A stretch of 64,000 nt of DNA, taken from assembly GCA_963665125.2 (NCBI GenBank), contig CAXXUK010000002.1, forward strand, positions 256,001 through 320,000. Reading direction: 5' to 3'. Positions 1 through 9,606 of this stretch are shown here, in pieces. Under the pieces are notes generated by a model. The model was not told the origin of the DNA. It saw nothing but the letters and a program-made list of their open reading frames with translations, and ran no database searches. The DNA comes from an uncultured Desulfarculus sp. (GTDB lineage: Bacteria > Desulfobacterota > Desulfarculia > Desulfarculales > Desulfarculaceae). The position numbers and the translations under genes are program-made. How positions within the stretch are numbered: position 1 is the first letter of the stretch; each line of letters starts with the position of its first letter.

Positions 1-2053
1 CCGGGAGGGAAGGCTCAACACACCCGGTCGGAGTCCAGCCGCGGATATCCTCCAACGACCAGTTTTCGTTAGCACTCAAGGCGGTGATCATGGCGTCATC
101 ACTGTGGATACATGGTGTTGCACCGGTTGTGTAGTTCACTTCGCATACCCTCTTCAAAAAAACACGGCTGTTGACACCGATTTTATAACGAGCGTGACAG
201 TTCGGGTCCTGCAAGGCCAGCATTTCGATTACTTTGAGGATGATATAGGACATATCATTCACGGCGTCGGTTCCGTCCTCCTTAACACCACCTACTGTAA
301 TGGTCGTGTTCGGTGGAGCCCCTGAGTTTTGCCATTCTCCGATTTCCGGAGATGCTATCGAGTGGCTGGCCAGCCTGAAAAACAGGCATCCCATAATCTC
401 GATAACATCTTTTATATAGGCTTCCCTCTCGCTTTCCGTTTTCAACTGCTCGATATCGGCTTCAAAGAACGGCTGCAGTATTTGATCGAGCCTCCCCAGC
501 ATGGGCCCGTCGTCCATGTTTTCCAGTCCCAGGCAAATATGCATAATCCAGAGGGTTTGAACGGCCTCAATCAAAGTTCGAGCCGGATTTTCAGGGACAT
601 GCTCAAGCCTCTCTGCGATCTCTTCCAGTTCAACTCTGCGTTTTGGATCCGATTCGATTGCCGCTTCTTTTCGAGCCTGCTGCGCCAGGTTGCGGGCATA
701 GGCCCTCGCGGCATCCAGACCGATCTTCATGGCGTTAAGGGTGTTTGTCTTCTCCTTCTCGGCATTGGGGTCGTTTCTGAGTTCAGCATCAATCTCCGCT
801 TCCATCCCTTTCAGGCCCTTGAGGACAAACTTGTCATATCCCGGACTGATTTCGCTTTGAGACACGAATTTCCAGAAGAAGATTGCAAACCAGCGGTCCT
901 GGATCTGTGCTGGTAATGAGTTGTCGAAATCCTTTTTCCACCATTGCAGTAAATTTCGGTCAGCCCAGAACGGAAAGACGTGGTGATGCATGACACGCGC
1001 AGTTTCCTCGCTTATCTCGAGAGGTCTTAGTTCCCGTTTATCTATGGTTTTCAGCTCGGACCACATCAAATGGCCTGCAGTATGAGGGTGGGTTACGGTC
1101 CCGGAAACCGGATTCGGGGTATAGGTTCCAGCCAGCAAATCGTTTTTTCGAATCAGAGCCTGTCGGTTAGACATCAGGTAATGGAAACTTTCTGCTCTAC
1201 GCAGATTGGGCTCCCATTCCTCGCCTGATTTTTTTGTTTCATATCCCATCTCAATAAAAAAATCGGTCAACAGCTTTCCGTACTCAGCCGTTAGCTCTGT
1301 TTTGGTGTTAAACAACTCCTCACGAAATGCTTCGACCCGTGGAAAATCCTCAAGACCATATTTCTGAAGATAGGGATCCTTCAACCATTTGACGTCGAGA
1401 TCTCTTTTCTCTGCTTTCAATCGTTGCGAATGCCGTTTCTTCTTTTCAGCTCTTCCACAGGTTGACACCCCTTTCGCTGCTTTCCAGGCAAGACTACGAT
1501 TCTCAGCAATTGCCTGCCGCTGAGATTTTAACTCATCCTTTAAAAGAACCACATTCAGCAGGTAAAAGAAGTAATAGCCTAGGGTCATATTGCCATCAAT
1601 CCACATCCTACCTTCCAACATCATGGCATTGGCTTTGTTTTTGCTGGCGCTGAGGTACTTCAATATGCAATTGGCCGTTTGAAAACAGAATGTTGCATCG
1701 ACAGTGCTCGATATCGAATCCTGGATTATCATCGTTCCATCTTTAATCAGGATGCTAACCGTCACTTTGCCGTCCATTGATTTAAAAGCAACATCGGCAT
1801 TGATCCAGTCCTGGGTTCCCATCAGCTCTTTTTGAAGTTCGGCCTGGTAGTTGTATTTGGCAGCAATAAAGTTAAGAAAACCCAACAGTAGCAATTGCGC
1901 ATTTCCGAGCGCTTTCCCTAAAACATACCGGGAAATGCCCGATGCCATTTTGGGATATCCGACAAGGCGGTCGATGGCTGTAATCTTGCGACCAGGCTTC
2001 AAACTCTCAAGTTTTTCGGAACCTGCTGCTTGCTCAATGGTCACTGTTGTCAC
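1..2053 (-). CDS. Glycyl-radical enzyme (PFL2/dehydratase-lyase type) with N-terminal SCP2-like domain; 3' end lies outside the window
   Basis: Manual translation gives an uninterrupted frame from GTG 2053 (GGAGG upstream) to the window edge, including ...HVPENPARTLIEAVQTLW...GRLDQILQPFFEAD...ITVGGVKEDGTDAVNDMSYIIL...TPTGCVEPSLP (GRE catalytic Cys loop). Absent from the ORF track because there is no stop codon in the window. Confidence 0.9.
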   Translation of the reverse strand, partial: MTTVTIEQAAGSEKLESLKPGRKITAIDRLVGYPKMASGISRYVLGKALGNAQLLLLGFLNFIAAKYNYQAELQKELMGTQDWINADVAFKSMDGKVTVSILIKDGTMIIQDSISSTVDATFCFQTANCILKYLSASKNKANAMMLEGRMWIDGNMTLGYYFFYLLNVVLLKDELKSQRQAIAENRSLAWKAAKGVSTCGRAEKKKRHSQRLKAEKRDLDVKWLKDPYLQKYGLEDFPRVEAFREELFNTKTELTAEYGKLLTDFFIEMGYETKKSGEEWEPNLRRAESFHYLMSNRQALIRKNDLLAGTYTPNPVSGTVTHPHTAGHLMWSELKTIDKRELRPLEISEETARVMHHHVFPFWADRNLLQWWKKDFDNSLPAQIQDRWFAIFFWKFVSQSEISPGYDKFVLKGLKGMEAEIDAELRNDPNAEKEKTNTLNAMKIGLDAARAYARNLAQQARKEAAIESDPKRRVELEEIAERLEHVPENPARTLIEAVQTLWIMHICLGLENMDDGPMLGRLDQILQPFFEADIEQLKTESEREAYIKDVIEIMGCLFFRLASHSIASPEIGEWQNSGAPPNTTITVGGVKEDGTDAVNDMSYIILKVIEMLALQDPNCHARYKIGVNSRVFLKRVCEVNYTTGATPCIHSDDAMITALSANENWSLEDIRGWTPTGCVEPSLP

Positions 2054-2161
2054 CCTGCCCTCCAAGTTTAATATTGGATCAAAGGATATTTAGCTGGAAA
2101 CGACTGTGCTGATTATCATATATCAATAGTGAAATGGATAGATGGGGACAGGACAAAAGAT

Positions 2162-3208
2162 ATGATATCCGGCCAAAATCATTCATCGGAAAAACTTATC
2201 TCGGCCGTTGCCGCACAGTGGATGGTGAAAACTCTGGAGAGAAGGGGAATCCCGCTAAAAAAGATACTGGTAGGCACCCGCCTGAGCCCAAAATGGTTGC
2301 ATAACTCCGATTCCGTTATCACCCCTGACAATTACTTGAAAATCGTAAAGAACGGGTTGACCTACAGCGCCGATGAGGCCCTTGGGCTCAGAATAGGCAG
2401 GGAACAGAATTTAACGGGATTGGGTTTTTGGGGGTACGCTATCATATGCAGCCATAACCTCAGGGATGCTGCGGATGTTGCCATTCAGTATTGGAACGTG
2501 TCAGGAAGCCTGGTAGACATTATCCGAAAATCTGAAGGCGATGTTCGAATCTGGGAAATCCTGCCGCCATACCCGTATAAAGAACCGCCCCTTTGGAAAT
2601 ATGCCGTTGAGGAAATGCTTTCCACTTGGTACAGTTCAGCCTGTTTCCTTGCCGGCATAAAACTTCCTTTGAAGGAAATTCATCTCTCCTATCCGGAACC
2701 AAGATACAGCCGTCTGTACCGGGAAATGTTCGAATGTCCGGTTTATTACGATCGCGCCATCGATTCTCTTTCCTTTGCCGAAGAACTGCTTGAACTTCGC
2801 ATATCAATGAGCCATGCCCAGATGGCTGAGGTTTGCAGGCAGCGGTGCGAGGAATTGGCGGTTAAATTGGGAAGGCGGGATGAACTTATTGAATCCATCC
2901 GGACAATCGTGACATCTTCTTCATTCAGGGACAGGAGACTGGAGGATATCGCCAGACAAATCGGCACCAGCGATAGGACTCTGCGGCGGAAATTGAAGGA
3001 GCAGGGTACGACTTTCCAAAAGGTTCTTGACGAGACACGGGCCGATTTCGCAAAAACCTACATGAAAAGCACCGCCCTTACAATAGAACAGATAGCCTAC
3101 CGAATTGGATTTTCAGAAGTCACGAACTTCAGAGCGGCTTTTAAAAAGTGGACAGGGATGACGACAAGAGAATACCGTGAAAAAGCCAATCGAAAAGATA
3201 GTTTGTAA
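2162..3208 (+). CDS. AraC-family transcriptional regulator (OruR/Arabinose_bd_2-type N-terminus)
   Basis: C-terminal double HTH (IARQIGTSDRTLRRKL...IAYRIGFSEVTNFRAAFKKWTG); divergent from the GRE gene; alternative start at 2129. Confidence 0.9.
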   Translation: MISGQNHSSEKLISAVAAQWMVKTLERRGIPLKKILVGTRLSPKWLHNSDSVITPDNYLKIVKNGLTYSADEALGLRIGREQNLTGLGFWGYAIICSHNLRDAADVAIQYWNVSGSLVDIIRKSEGDVRIWEILPPYPYKEPPLWKYAVEEMLSTWYSSACFLAGIKLPLKEIHLSYPEPRYSRLYREMFECPVYYDRAIDSLSFAEELLELRISMSHAQMAEVCRQRCEELAVKLGRRDELIESIRTIVTSSSFRDRRLEDIARQIGTSDRTLRRKLKEQGTTFQKVLDETRADFAKTYMKSTALTIEQIAYRIGFSEVTNFRAAFKKWTGMTTREYREKANRKDSL

Positions 3209-3400
3209 AAGTAAATGTGATCTTCCCCAATTTTTGTGGACACGTAGTTAAGCAGCCATATTGATCATCTCATATTGAGCCGGGTTCATGTACCCCAGAG
3301 CTGAGTGTTTGCGGCTGCGGTTGTAGAAGACTTCGATGTACTCAAAGATGTCAGCCTTGGCCTGCGTCCTGCTCAGATAATCTTTATGCGCCACCAGTTC

Positions 3401-4682
3401 GAGAGTGCTTCACGGCAAATTACCTAATTATCAACTTTATCATGTTGGGATTATTAGCTAAAATTTTCCAAACACCCAGTTTGGAGGCATTGATGGCCAA
3501 TCGATTCGACAAAAAAGGCGGTTTCGCCGATATGGCGGCGGTGCGGCGCAAAAGAAACAAGACCACACCTGAAAAAATCGACGAGTTGGTCGACTGGCGG
3601 CCCATCGAAATGCTGCTCAAGAAAAAATTGCGCCGCAAGCCCGACGCCGTGGGCAATCCCAGCTATCCCGCCCTGAGCATGTTCAAGGCCCTGCTATTGC
3701 AATCGTGGTATGGCCTGTCGGACCGTGAGCTTTCGGAAAACCTCGAAGACCGCATTTCCTTCAGCCACTTTTGCGGGTTTTCTCTGGACAACGAGGTGCC
3801 CGACAACTCCACCATCTGCCGTTTCCGCAACCAACTGCATGAAAAGGATCTGGCAAAGCCCCTGCTGGACATGATCAACAACCAGATCGCGGCCGGAGGC
3901 TTGGAGATTAAGGCCGGCATCATCGTCGACGCCAGCATCGTAGAGAGTGCCCGGCGGCCCCGCAAAAAACAGGAAGTGATTCCAGTGGACCGCCAGGAAG
4001 ATGACGAGCCGGAAAGCGGTGGTTATGAAGTAAAGACCAGTTATTCCGGTGATGTGGATGCGGCCTGGACCAGGAAGGGCAACCGGGCCTGGTACGGCTA
4101 CAAGGTACATATGGCCGTGGATGGGGAGCACGGCTTCATCATGGCCGGCCACGCCACCCCGGCCAACCGGGCTGATTGCAAGGAAATGATGGCGGTGGTC
4201 AACCAGTGCGAGCTTGAGCGGGGCTCGCCCGTTGCGGCGGACAAGGGCTACAGCAGCGCCGCCAATCGTAGCGCGCTTAAGGACGCCGGGCTGTTTGATC
4301 TTATCATGTACAAGGCGGTGAAAAGCAGACCGTTAACCAAGGCTGAAAGAATGGTCAACCGGGCCATCAGCGGCTGCCGGGGATCGGTGGAGCGGGCCTT
4401 CGGGACACTCAAGAAAGACTACCGCTTGGCCAGGGCCCGTTACCTGGGCGCGGCAAAACTGGGCCTGCAGTTGCTCATAGACGCCATGGCCTACAACCTC
4501 AAAAAGGCCGCCCGGATGATGGTTTGAGGGTGCTAATGGGGACCGGGGTGGTTTATGGGGCCGCCGCCAATGGCCCCATTTGGAGGTAAATGCCCGAGTA
4601 AATACCAAATAAACCGCCTCTCCTGACGATTTTCCGGCCAAAATCGAACCATGTCAGCCTCTTGATATTGCGCAGCATCCTC
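3401..4682 (+). mobile_element. IS5-family element nested in IS3 orfB
   Basis: IS3 sequence breaks at 3400 and resumes at 4683; duplicated target AGTTC on both sides (5-7 bp depending on how the ends are drawn); imperfect IRs GAGAGTGCT / AGCATCCTC. Confidence 0.85.
3493..4527 (+). CDS. IS5-family DDE transposase
   Basis: DUF772-like N-terminus (MFKALLLQSWYGLSDRELSE...VPDNSTICRFR), IVDASIV, GYKVHMAVD, ADKGY, R..VERAFGTLK motifs; GGAGG RBS before ATG 3493. Confidence 0.93.
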   Translation: MANRFDKKGGFADMAAVRRKRNKTTPEKIDELVDWRPIEMLLKKKLRRKPDAVGNPSYPALSMFKALLLQSWYGLSDRELSENLEDRISFSHFCGFSLDNEVPDNSTICRFRNQLHEKDLAKPLLDMINNQIAAGGLEIKAGIIVDASIVESARRPRKKQEVIPVDRQEDDEPESGGYEVKTSYSGDVDAAWTRKGNRAWYGYKVHMAVDGEHGFIMAGHATPANRADCKEMMAVVNQCELERGSPVAADKGYSSAANRSALKDAGLFDLIMYKAVKSRPLTKAERMVNRAISGCRGSVERAFGTLKKDYRLARARYLGAAKLGLQLLIDAMAYNLKKAARMMV

Positions 4683-5394
4683 AGTTCGGTTTTCAGGGAA
4701 TGAAACCAGCTTTCCATGGGCGCGTTATCCCAGCAGTCGCCCTTGCGGCTCATGCTGCATATCATGCGGTGCGACTTCAGCTTTTTGCGGTAGGCCTTGC
4801 TGGCATATTGACGTCCTTGATCTGAATGATGGATCAGCCCAGGCCCAGGTTTCCGCCGGTCCACCGCCATGTTCAGCGCATCGAGCACCAGCTTTTTGGT
4901 CATGCGGCTTGACATGGACCAGCCCACGATCAGCTTGGAATAAAGATCCAGGACGGCCGCCAGGTACAGCCAGCCTTCACGAGTAGGAATGTAGGTTATA
5001 TCAGCCAGCCATTTTTGATCAGGGCCGTCCGCTTCAAAGTCCCGCCCCAGGATATTGGGGGCCGCCAGGTGGCCGTGATTGGAATCCGTGGTGGCCTTGT
5101 ACTTTTTCTTCTGCTTGGCAGCGATGCCGTTATCGCGCATTAATCGAGCCACCCGGTTCTCGCTCACATGGATTTCACGATCCTTGAGTTCCGCCTGTAT
5201 CCGGGGGCTTCCGTACACGCCACGATTTTCTTTATGAATGGCCTTGATCTCGACAACGAGCCTCCGGTTCTCTCGCGCCCGGCTGCTTTCCGGCCGGTTC
5301 AGCCAAGCGTAGTACCCGCTGGCTGACACCTCCAAAATCCGGCACATACGCCTGATCTGGAATCCTTCACTCTGATCCCTGATGAACTGAAACT

Positions 5395-5691
5395 TCATTT
5401 TGGCATCCGCGAGAAGATGCCGATGGCTTTTTTTAATATGTCACGCTCCTGGCGTACAATGGCCAGTTCGCGTCTCAGATGGGCTAGCTCCTCATCTTGC
5501 GGCTTTAAATTGCCCTTGCCTGGGAAGGCCTGCTCAGGGTCTGCTTCGAGCTGCTTCTTCCAGCGGCCCAGCACGGTCTGGCTGATGCCAAGGTCCCTGG
5601 CCGCCTGGGAAATGCTCAAACCTCCCTCGGTGACCAAGGCCACGGCTTCGATCTTGAACTCCCGGCTATAACTCCTGCGTCTGTTGCCCAT
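5395..5691 (-). CDS. IS3 orfA (HTH) transposase subunit
   Basis: RRSYSREFKIEAV...ARDLGIS...RQERDILKKA; ATGA overlap with orfB. Confidence 0.93.
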   Translation of the reverse strand: MGNRRRSYSREFKIEAVALVTEGGLSISQAARDLGISQTVLGRWKKQLEADPEQAFPGKGNLKPQDEELAHLRRELAIVRQERDILKKAIGIFSRMPK

Positions 5692-5900
5692 TCAACACCT
5701 CCAAGCAATTCATATCATGCTTTTCGAGGTGTCCACAATTTCAGGGGAACTTCAACGCTTTTCTCGACTAGGACAATTGATCAGCGCTTGCAGACCAATG
5801 CACGGTACATCGATGAAAGATTGACCCAGCAGAAGCAGTCTCTGAACAGGAGCACCGTTTACCAATGGGAAAGATTCACTAAAATTTTCACGTAGGCGGA

Positions 5901-7589
5901 TCAGCGGGGAGGCGCAAGCCTCTCCGCCACCAGTCTTAGGCCGTGTTCCTCTTTTGGAGAATACATGGATCTCTTTGCTGATGGGAGGCGGTCTGTACTC
6001 GTTTCCCAGTCTCCGCCTCTTAAGACATAAACGCCATCGCCCCTGCCGGGGTTAAACGGATCAACTACAGGCGAATAAGTGGGGAAAAAGTAATCCAACC
6101 AGTCGGAGCAAACCTCATCTACATTACCGTGCATGTCATATAACCCCCAGGGATTGGGTGAAAATCGGGCCACTTCATACGGCCCCCGCCTATCACCGTA
6201 TTTTTCACCTTTTTGCCCATTGCCATACGGGGTTTTTTGATGAGAGTAATGAGCTTGGTTCGGGCTGATGGTTTCGCCTGTATAAAAAGGCCCGGTCGTG
6301 CCGGCTCGGCAGGCATACTCCCATTCGGCCTCGGTGGGCAGACGGTAGCGCACTTTGCCCTCTGAGGCCTTATTTAACCGCTTTAAAAACTCTTCTACCT
6401 GGGCCATGCGGAGTTGAACCGGTCTTGTGTATGGTTTCCCCTGTAATTTGGGGATGGTTCTCATAAGCCTTTTATATTGATGCAAGGTGACTTCCGTGGT
6501 TTGCATGAAAAATGGCTTACTGATCTCAACCAAATGCCGTGGATATTCCTTCTTGTACCAAATAAAGGCTGTATCTTTGGCATGCTGCGCTCTTTCTGGG
6601 TTTGGCTCGTTTTTTAAGGCCTCTTCTTCCGGGCTGTCACGGAAGCCCATCATGAATTTGCCCGCCGGAATCTTTACGAAGGTCATGCCCAATTTATTGG
6701 TGAAGTGCTCGGCTGGCTCCAGGTCCATGAACACGGTATGCACCTTGCCCGGCTGCACCACCACGGTTTTGGTGAAGGGTTTGTAGAGGCTCTTCCATAC
6801 CTGGAGCTTGTGTGGTCCTGGGATCAAGTCCTTGAGGTCCAGCTTGTCGCCAAAGACCTCCTGGCCGTCCAGGTAGACTGTGACGCCGTCCTGTACCGGC
6901 TCGAGCTCAATGCCGCCGCGTTCGGCTCTGAGGTCCACCTCCAGTTTGATGTTTTGATCGGGCCGGGCCACCACGCAGAACCGGTGCTTTGTGTTGAAGG
7001 GGTAGGTCAGTTCGAGCAGATATTCGCCGGGTTCCAGTTTCATGCCGGGAGTGTAATCCTGGGCCACGCCGATGACCCTTGCCTTCATGTTGAATGCGGT
7101 CCCCTCAATAGTGAGCCGGGCGTAGGGAATGGGCTCCAGCTTGAAGTGCTCCTTGGCCAAGCCGCCGTTGGTGACCTCCACCATGCGCACCTGCCCGTAA
7201 TAGCCTTCCTTGCGCACCGTGACCCGCTGCAAGCCAGTAAGAATTTCATCTTTCTTGAAGGGCGTCTTGCCCAGGGGGACGTAACTGCTCACCAGCACCC
7301 CGGCCCCCTCGGGCTCACTGGTCACCTCTATGGACCCGAAATGCACCGGCTCACCGGCCTTGCGCTTGGCTTCTATCTCCTCTTTGCGCACATACTCCAT
7401 GATTATCTGCAATTTTTCCAAGGCCGGGAGATTCTTGGGTTGCCCAAGCACAGGGAATGTGGGCAACCCGAGCTTTTGGTAGGCATGGCTCGGAATGGGC
7501 CAGGCAACCTGGGCCAGTAGAGCCAGGAGAAGCACGATGATAGTGGTGCATGTTTTGCTGAAAAATAATTTGCGCATGAGGCCCCCCAA
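5901..7589 (-). CDS. Secreted PEGA-repeat plus FGE-sulfatase (SUMF1/EgtB/PvdO-like) domain protein
   Basis: Signal peptide; PEGA motifs (VTSEPEGAGVLV...LGKTP; VYLDGQ...PGPHKLQV); RLPTEAEWEYACRAG and PNPWGLYDMHGNVDE motifs. Confidence 0.88.
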   Translation of the reverse strand: MGGLMRKLFFSKTCTTIIVLLLALLAQVAWPIPSHAYQKLGLPTFPVLGQPKNLPALEKLQIIMEYVRKEEIEAKRKAGEPVHFGSIEVTSEPEGAGVLVSSYVPLGKTPFKKDEILTGLQRVTVRKEGYYGQVRMVEVTNGGLAKEHFKLEPIPYARLTIEGTAFNMKARVIGVAQDYTPGMKLEPGEYLLELTYPFNTKHRFCVVARPDQNIKLEVDLRAERGGIELEPVQDGVTVYLDGQEVFGDKLDLKDLIPGPHKLQVWKSLYKPFTKTVVVQPGKVHTVFMDLEPAEHFTNKLGMTFVKIPAGKFMMGFRDSPEEEALKNEPNPERAQHAKDTAFIWYKKEYPRHLVEISKPFFMQTTEVTLHQYKRLMRTIPKLQGKPYTRPVQLRMAQVEEFLKRLNKASEGKVRYRLPTEAEWEYACRAGTTGPFYTGETISPNQAHYSHQKTPYGNGQKGEKYGDRRGPYEVARFSPNPWGLYDMHGNVDEVCSDWLDYFFPTYSPVVDPFNPGRGDGVYVLRGGDWETSTDRLPSAKRSMYSPKEEHGLRLVAERLAPPR

Positions 7590-7826
7590 AGATCAGATGA
7601 TGACGTTATATGTATAGCATAAATTGAGTGGGTGGTATTGTGGCAGAAGAAAAAATCGTGAAAGCGGCGCGGGCGAATCAGGGATTTTGGGGTGTGGATT
7701 TGGGTGTGGATTTTTTTCGAAACCTGGCAAAAATAGGTAAAACCGTGCCAAACCTTGCCAGTAGCTTCCTTTAGTTATTACGGCAAGTTGCCGTAATATG
7801 AGGAGGTTGGGAAGCTCAAAGGATGA

Positions 7827-7884
7827 GACTCAAAATCCCCCGCTCCTTGAGGGCTTGTGGGTTCGAGTCCCACCTCCGGTACCA
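7827..7884 (+). other. 3' half of tRNA-Leu(CAA): putative att site of an integrated element
   Basis: GACTCAAAATCCCC (CAA anticodon loop), long variable arm, GGTTCGAGTCCC T-arm and CTCCGGTACCA end are present. The 5' acceptor strand, D-arm and 5' anticodon stem are missing. Confidence 0.85.
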
Positions 7885-7996
7885 AATAAAAACAAGCAAT
7901 TAGCTGGATGGCTGTACCTTTGTGTACGGCCAGTGTTTTTGGGGGGAGGCGGGGGGGAGCGAATGGGGTTATTTCAAACGTCCGCCTCTGGTCAAA

Positions 7997-8174
7997 TTAT
8001 TCGCCAAGATAATCATGGTTGTCATGATCCGAGCCGTCCGTTAGCAGCTTAATTATGTATTCGTTCAGGCTGAGTCCCAGCGCGGCGTGCTTGGTTTTTC
8101 AGATGCATGTGGACAGCCAGAGGCACCTTGCGCACAATGATGTCCTGATATGTCGATTCGTGGATGCTGACCAT
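7997..8174 (-). pseudogene. Frameshifted ribbon-helix-helix (FitA/HicB-like) small protein
   Basis: MVSIHESTYQDIIVRKVPLAVHMHLKNQARRAG, then after a 1-nt shift LSLNEYIIKLL, giving a typical RHH pattern. Confidence 0.55.
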
Positions 8175-8449
8175 CTCATCACCTCTTCAACCATAAACCC
8201 ACCTGCCCTAATGACAGCCCTATTGCCTTGGTGATAGTGACATAAAGGTGGCACATATAATGTGACGATCCAGCGAACAGAGCTATTACTTTGGCCATAT
8301 ATTGGCAGAGACAGACTGTATTTCGCATCCAGGACAGTCGGATAGTGTCACATCATGTGCCAATTTTTGTCATAACGCGATGATTATGAAGTTCCCCTGA
8401 AATTGTGGACACCTCGAAAAGCATGATATGAATTGCTTGGAGGTGTTGA

Positions 8450-8746
8450 ATGGGCAACAGACGCAGGAGTTATAGCCGGGAGTTCAAGATTGAAGCCGTG
8501 GGCTTGGTCACCGAGGGAAGTTTGAGCATTTCCCAGGCGGCCAGGGACCTTGGCATCAGCCAGACCGTGCTGGGCCGCTGGAAAAAGCAGTTCGAAGCAG
8601 GCCCTGAGCAGGCCTTCCCAGGCAAGGGCAATTTAAAGCCGCAAGATGAGGAGCTAGCCCATCTGAGACGCGAACTGGCCATTGTACGCCAGGAGCGTGA
8701 CATATTAAAAAAAGCCATCGGCATCTTCTCGCGGATGCCAAAATGA
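8450..8746 (+). CDS. IS3 orfA
   Basis: Differs from the copy 1 orfA by only a few residues. Confidence 0.93.
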   Translation: MGNRRRSYSREFKIEAVGLVTEGSLSISQAARDLGISQTVLGRWKKQFEAGPEQAFPGKGNLKPQDEELAHLRRELAIVRQERDILKKAIGIFSRMPK

Positions 8747-9606
8747 AGTTTCAGTTCATCAGGGATCAGAGTGAAGGATTCCAGATCAGGCGTATGTGCC
8801 GGATTTTGGAGGTGTCAGCCAGCGGGTACTACGCTTGGCTGAACCGGCCGGAAAGCAGCCGGGCGCGAGAGAACCGGAGGCTCGTTGTCGAGATCAAGGC
8901 CATTCATAAAGAAAATCGTGGCGTGTACGGAAGCCCCCGGATACAGGCGGAACTCAAGGATCGTGAAATCCATGTGAGCGAGAACCGGGTGGTTCGATTA
9001 ATGCGCGATAACGGCATCGCTGCCAAGCAGAAGAAAAAGTACAAGGCCACCACGGATTCCAATCACGGCCACCTGGCGGCCCCCAATATCCTGGGGCGGG
9101 ACTTTGAAGCGGACGGCCCTGATCAAAAATGGCTGGCTGATATAACCTACATTCCTACTCGTGAAGGCTGGCTGTACCTGGCGGCCGTCCTGGATCTTTA
9201 TTCCAAGCTGATCGTGGGCTGGTCCATGTCAAGCCGCATGACCAAAAAGCTGGTGCTCGATGCGCTGAACATGGCGGTGGACCGGCGGAAACCTGGGCCT
9301 GGGCTGATCCATCATTCAGATCAAGGACGTCAATATGCCAGCAAGGCCTACCGCAAAAAGCTGAAGTCGCACCGCATGATATGCAGCATGAGCCGCAAGG
9401 GCGACTGCTGGGATAACGCGCCCATGGAAAGCTGGTTTCATTCCCTGAAAACCGAACTGGTGGCGCATAAAGATTATCTGAGCAGGACGCAGGCCAAGGC
9501 TGACATCTTTGAGTACATCGAAGTCTTCTACAACCGCAGCCGCAAACACTCAGCTCTGGGGTACATGAACCCGGCTCAATATGAGATGATCAACATGGCT
9601 GCTTAA
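8743..9606 (+). CDS. IS3 orfB integrase-core (DDE) transposase
   Basis: WLADITYI, HHSDQGRQY, GDCWDNAPMESWFHSLKTE motifs. Confidence 0.95.
   Translation: MKFQFIRDQSEGFQIRRMCRILEVSASGYYAWLNRPESSRARENRRLVVEIKAIHKENRGVYGSPRIQAELKDREIHVSENRVVRLMRDNGIAAKQKKKYKATTDSNHGHLAAPNILGRDFEADGPDQKWLADITYIPTREGWLYLAAVLDLYSKLIVGWSMSSRMTKKLVLDALNMAVDRRKPGPGLIHHSDQGRQYASKAYRKKLKSHRMICSMSRKGDCWDNAPMESWFHSLKTELVAHKDYLSRTQAKADIFEYIEVFYNRSRKHSALGYMNPAQYEMINMAA

Larger units (their letters stand above)
3246..5398 (-). pseudogene. IS3 orfB transposase split by the IS5 insertion
   Basis: Matches orfB of copy 2 up to ...SLKTEL, then reads into IS5 sequence; the remainder (VAHKDYL...INMAA) lies left of 3400. Confidence 0.9.
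3218..5754 (-). mobile_element. IS3-family element, copy 1 (interrupted by an IS5-family element)
   Basis: Terminal IRs TGATCTTCCCCAATTTTTGTGGACAC (3218) and GTGTCCACAATTTCAGGGGAACTTCA (ends 5754); near-identical to the copy at 8387-9636 in the opposite orientation. Confidence 0.95.

Noticed and set aside
104..2093. Short + strand ORFs (104-325, 329-916, 1462-1653, 1851-2093)
   Set aside because: Antisense shadows of the continuous minus-strand glycyl-radical enzyme frame.
4553..5398. Intact 281-aa IS3 transposase
   Set aside because: The C-terminal ~43 aa are read-through into the inserted IS5 element.
7795..7884. Complete tRNA-Leu gene
   Set aside because: The 5' half cannot pair with the acceptor or anticodon stems; only the 3' fragment is present.
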